From contig JALNXD010000016.1 of assembly GCA_023230565.1 (NCBI GenBank), forward strand, positions 973 to 64,972: a stretch of 64,000 nucleotides of DNA, in the 5' to 3' direction. The DNA comes from Syntrophales bacterium. Lineage in GTDB: Bacteria; Desulfobacterota; Syntrophia; Syntrophales; UBA2210. Of the stretch, positions 63,982 to 64,000 are shown one piece after another (within the stretch, counting starts at the first letter, position 1; each line of letters opens with the position of its first letter). Below the pieces are notes generated by a model, which saw nothing but the letters and a program-made list of their open reading frames with translations, was not told the origin of the DNA and searched no databases. The position numbers and the translations under genes are program-made.

Positions 63982-64000
63982 GATGCTTTGAATGGACACC

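Larger units (their letters stand above)
46586..64000. mobile_element. Integrative, probably self-replicating element at a tRNA-Glu site; the right end lies beyond the window
   Basis: Starting directly after the att-like tRNA fragment, it carries a tyrosine integrase, XRE/ImmA, a PrimPol-helicase with iterons, an xis-like ORF and defence cargo. AT-rich arms lie next to the repeat. Confidence 0.6.

Noticed and set aside
1-64000. CRISPR arrays, rRNA genes, intact tRNA genes and IS transposases
   Set aside because: I found no regularly spaced 25-40-nt direct repeats with unique spacers, no rRNA-like sequence and no transposase-like ORF. The only tRNA-like sequences are the two partial tRNA-Glu copies.

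Overview
This 64-kb window has gene content typical of an anaerobic Gram-negative bacterium (Desulfobacterota-like; this is inference only). I recognised no rRNA, intact tRNA, CRISPR array or IS transposase.

**nt 1-36,300: looks like chromosomal backbone.**
- The 3-prime 2.4 kb of a type I hsdR, followed by a DUF45 peptidase.
- Redox and housekeeping genes: a 4Fe-4S protein, a DUF2130 protein, bcp and an alpha/beta hydrolase.
- Two paralogous LivK-type binding proteins flanking an acyl-CoA ligase, plus a MaoC dehydratase.
- A 13-kb operon that couples a TonB-dependent receptor and a BtuFCD/FecBCDE-type ABC importer to a CobN/ChlI/ChlD class I chelatase. nikR follows it.
- A complete Mla lipid-transport operon (mlaE-F-D-C-A plus an outer-membrane barrel). 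Its MlaF carries a degenerate GGDEF domain.
- NifX-like, ADP-forming acyl-CoA-synthetase-like, Fe-ADH and YkgJ genes.

**nt 36,500-43,600: a visibly GC-richer block.**
- A 2,051-aa secreted multi-domain protein.
- A truncated methyltransferase remnant.
- A signal-peptide-bearing SagB-type nitroreductase.

**nt 43,800-64,000: accessory DNA.**
- An MNT/HepT toxin-antitoxin pair.
- Two direct copies of the 3-prime 45-49 nt of tRNA-Glu(UUC) bracketing a HipBA module.
- An integrative, apparently self-replicating element that runs off the right edge. It carries a tyrosine integrase, XRE/ImmA, a PrimPol-helicase with two internal iteron clusters, and an xis-like ORF.
- The element's defence cargo is a ~1,670-aa SF1 helicase with a DUF559/Vsr-like nuclease, hsdM-hsdS, and a GmrSD-like DUF262/DUF1524 gene.
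- Three genes of this element show single-base (-1) frame breaks.

**Best candidates for something undescribed:**
- The NikR-linked transporter-chelatase operon.
- The MlaF-GGDEF fusion.
- The tRNA-Glu island with its iteron-containing replicase and helicase-nuclease cargo.
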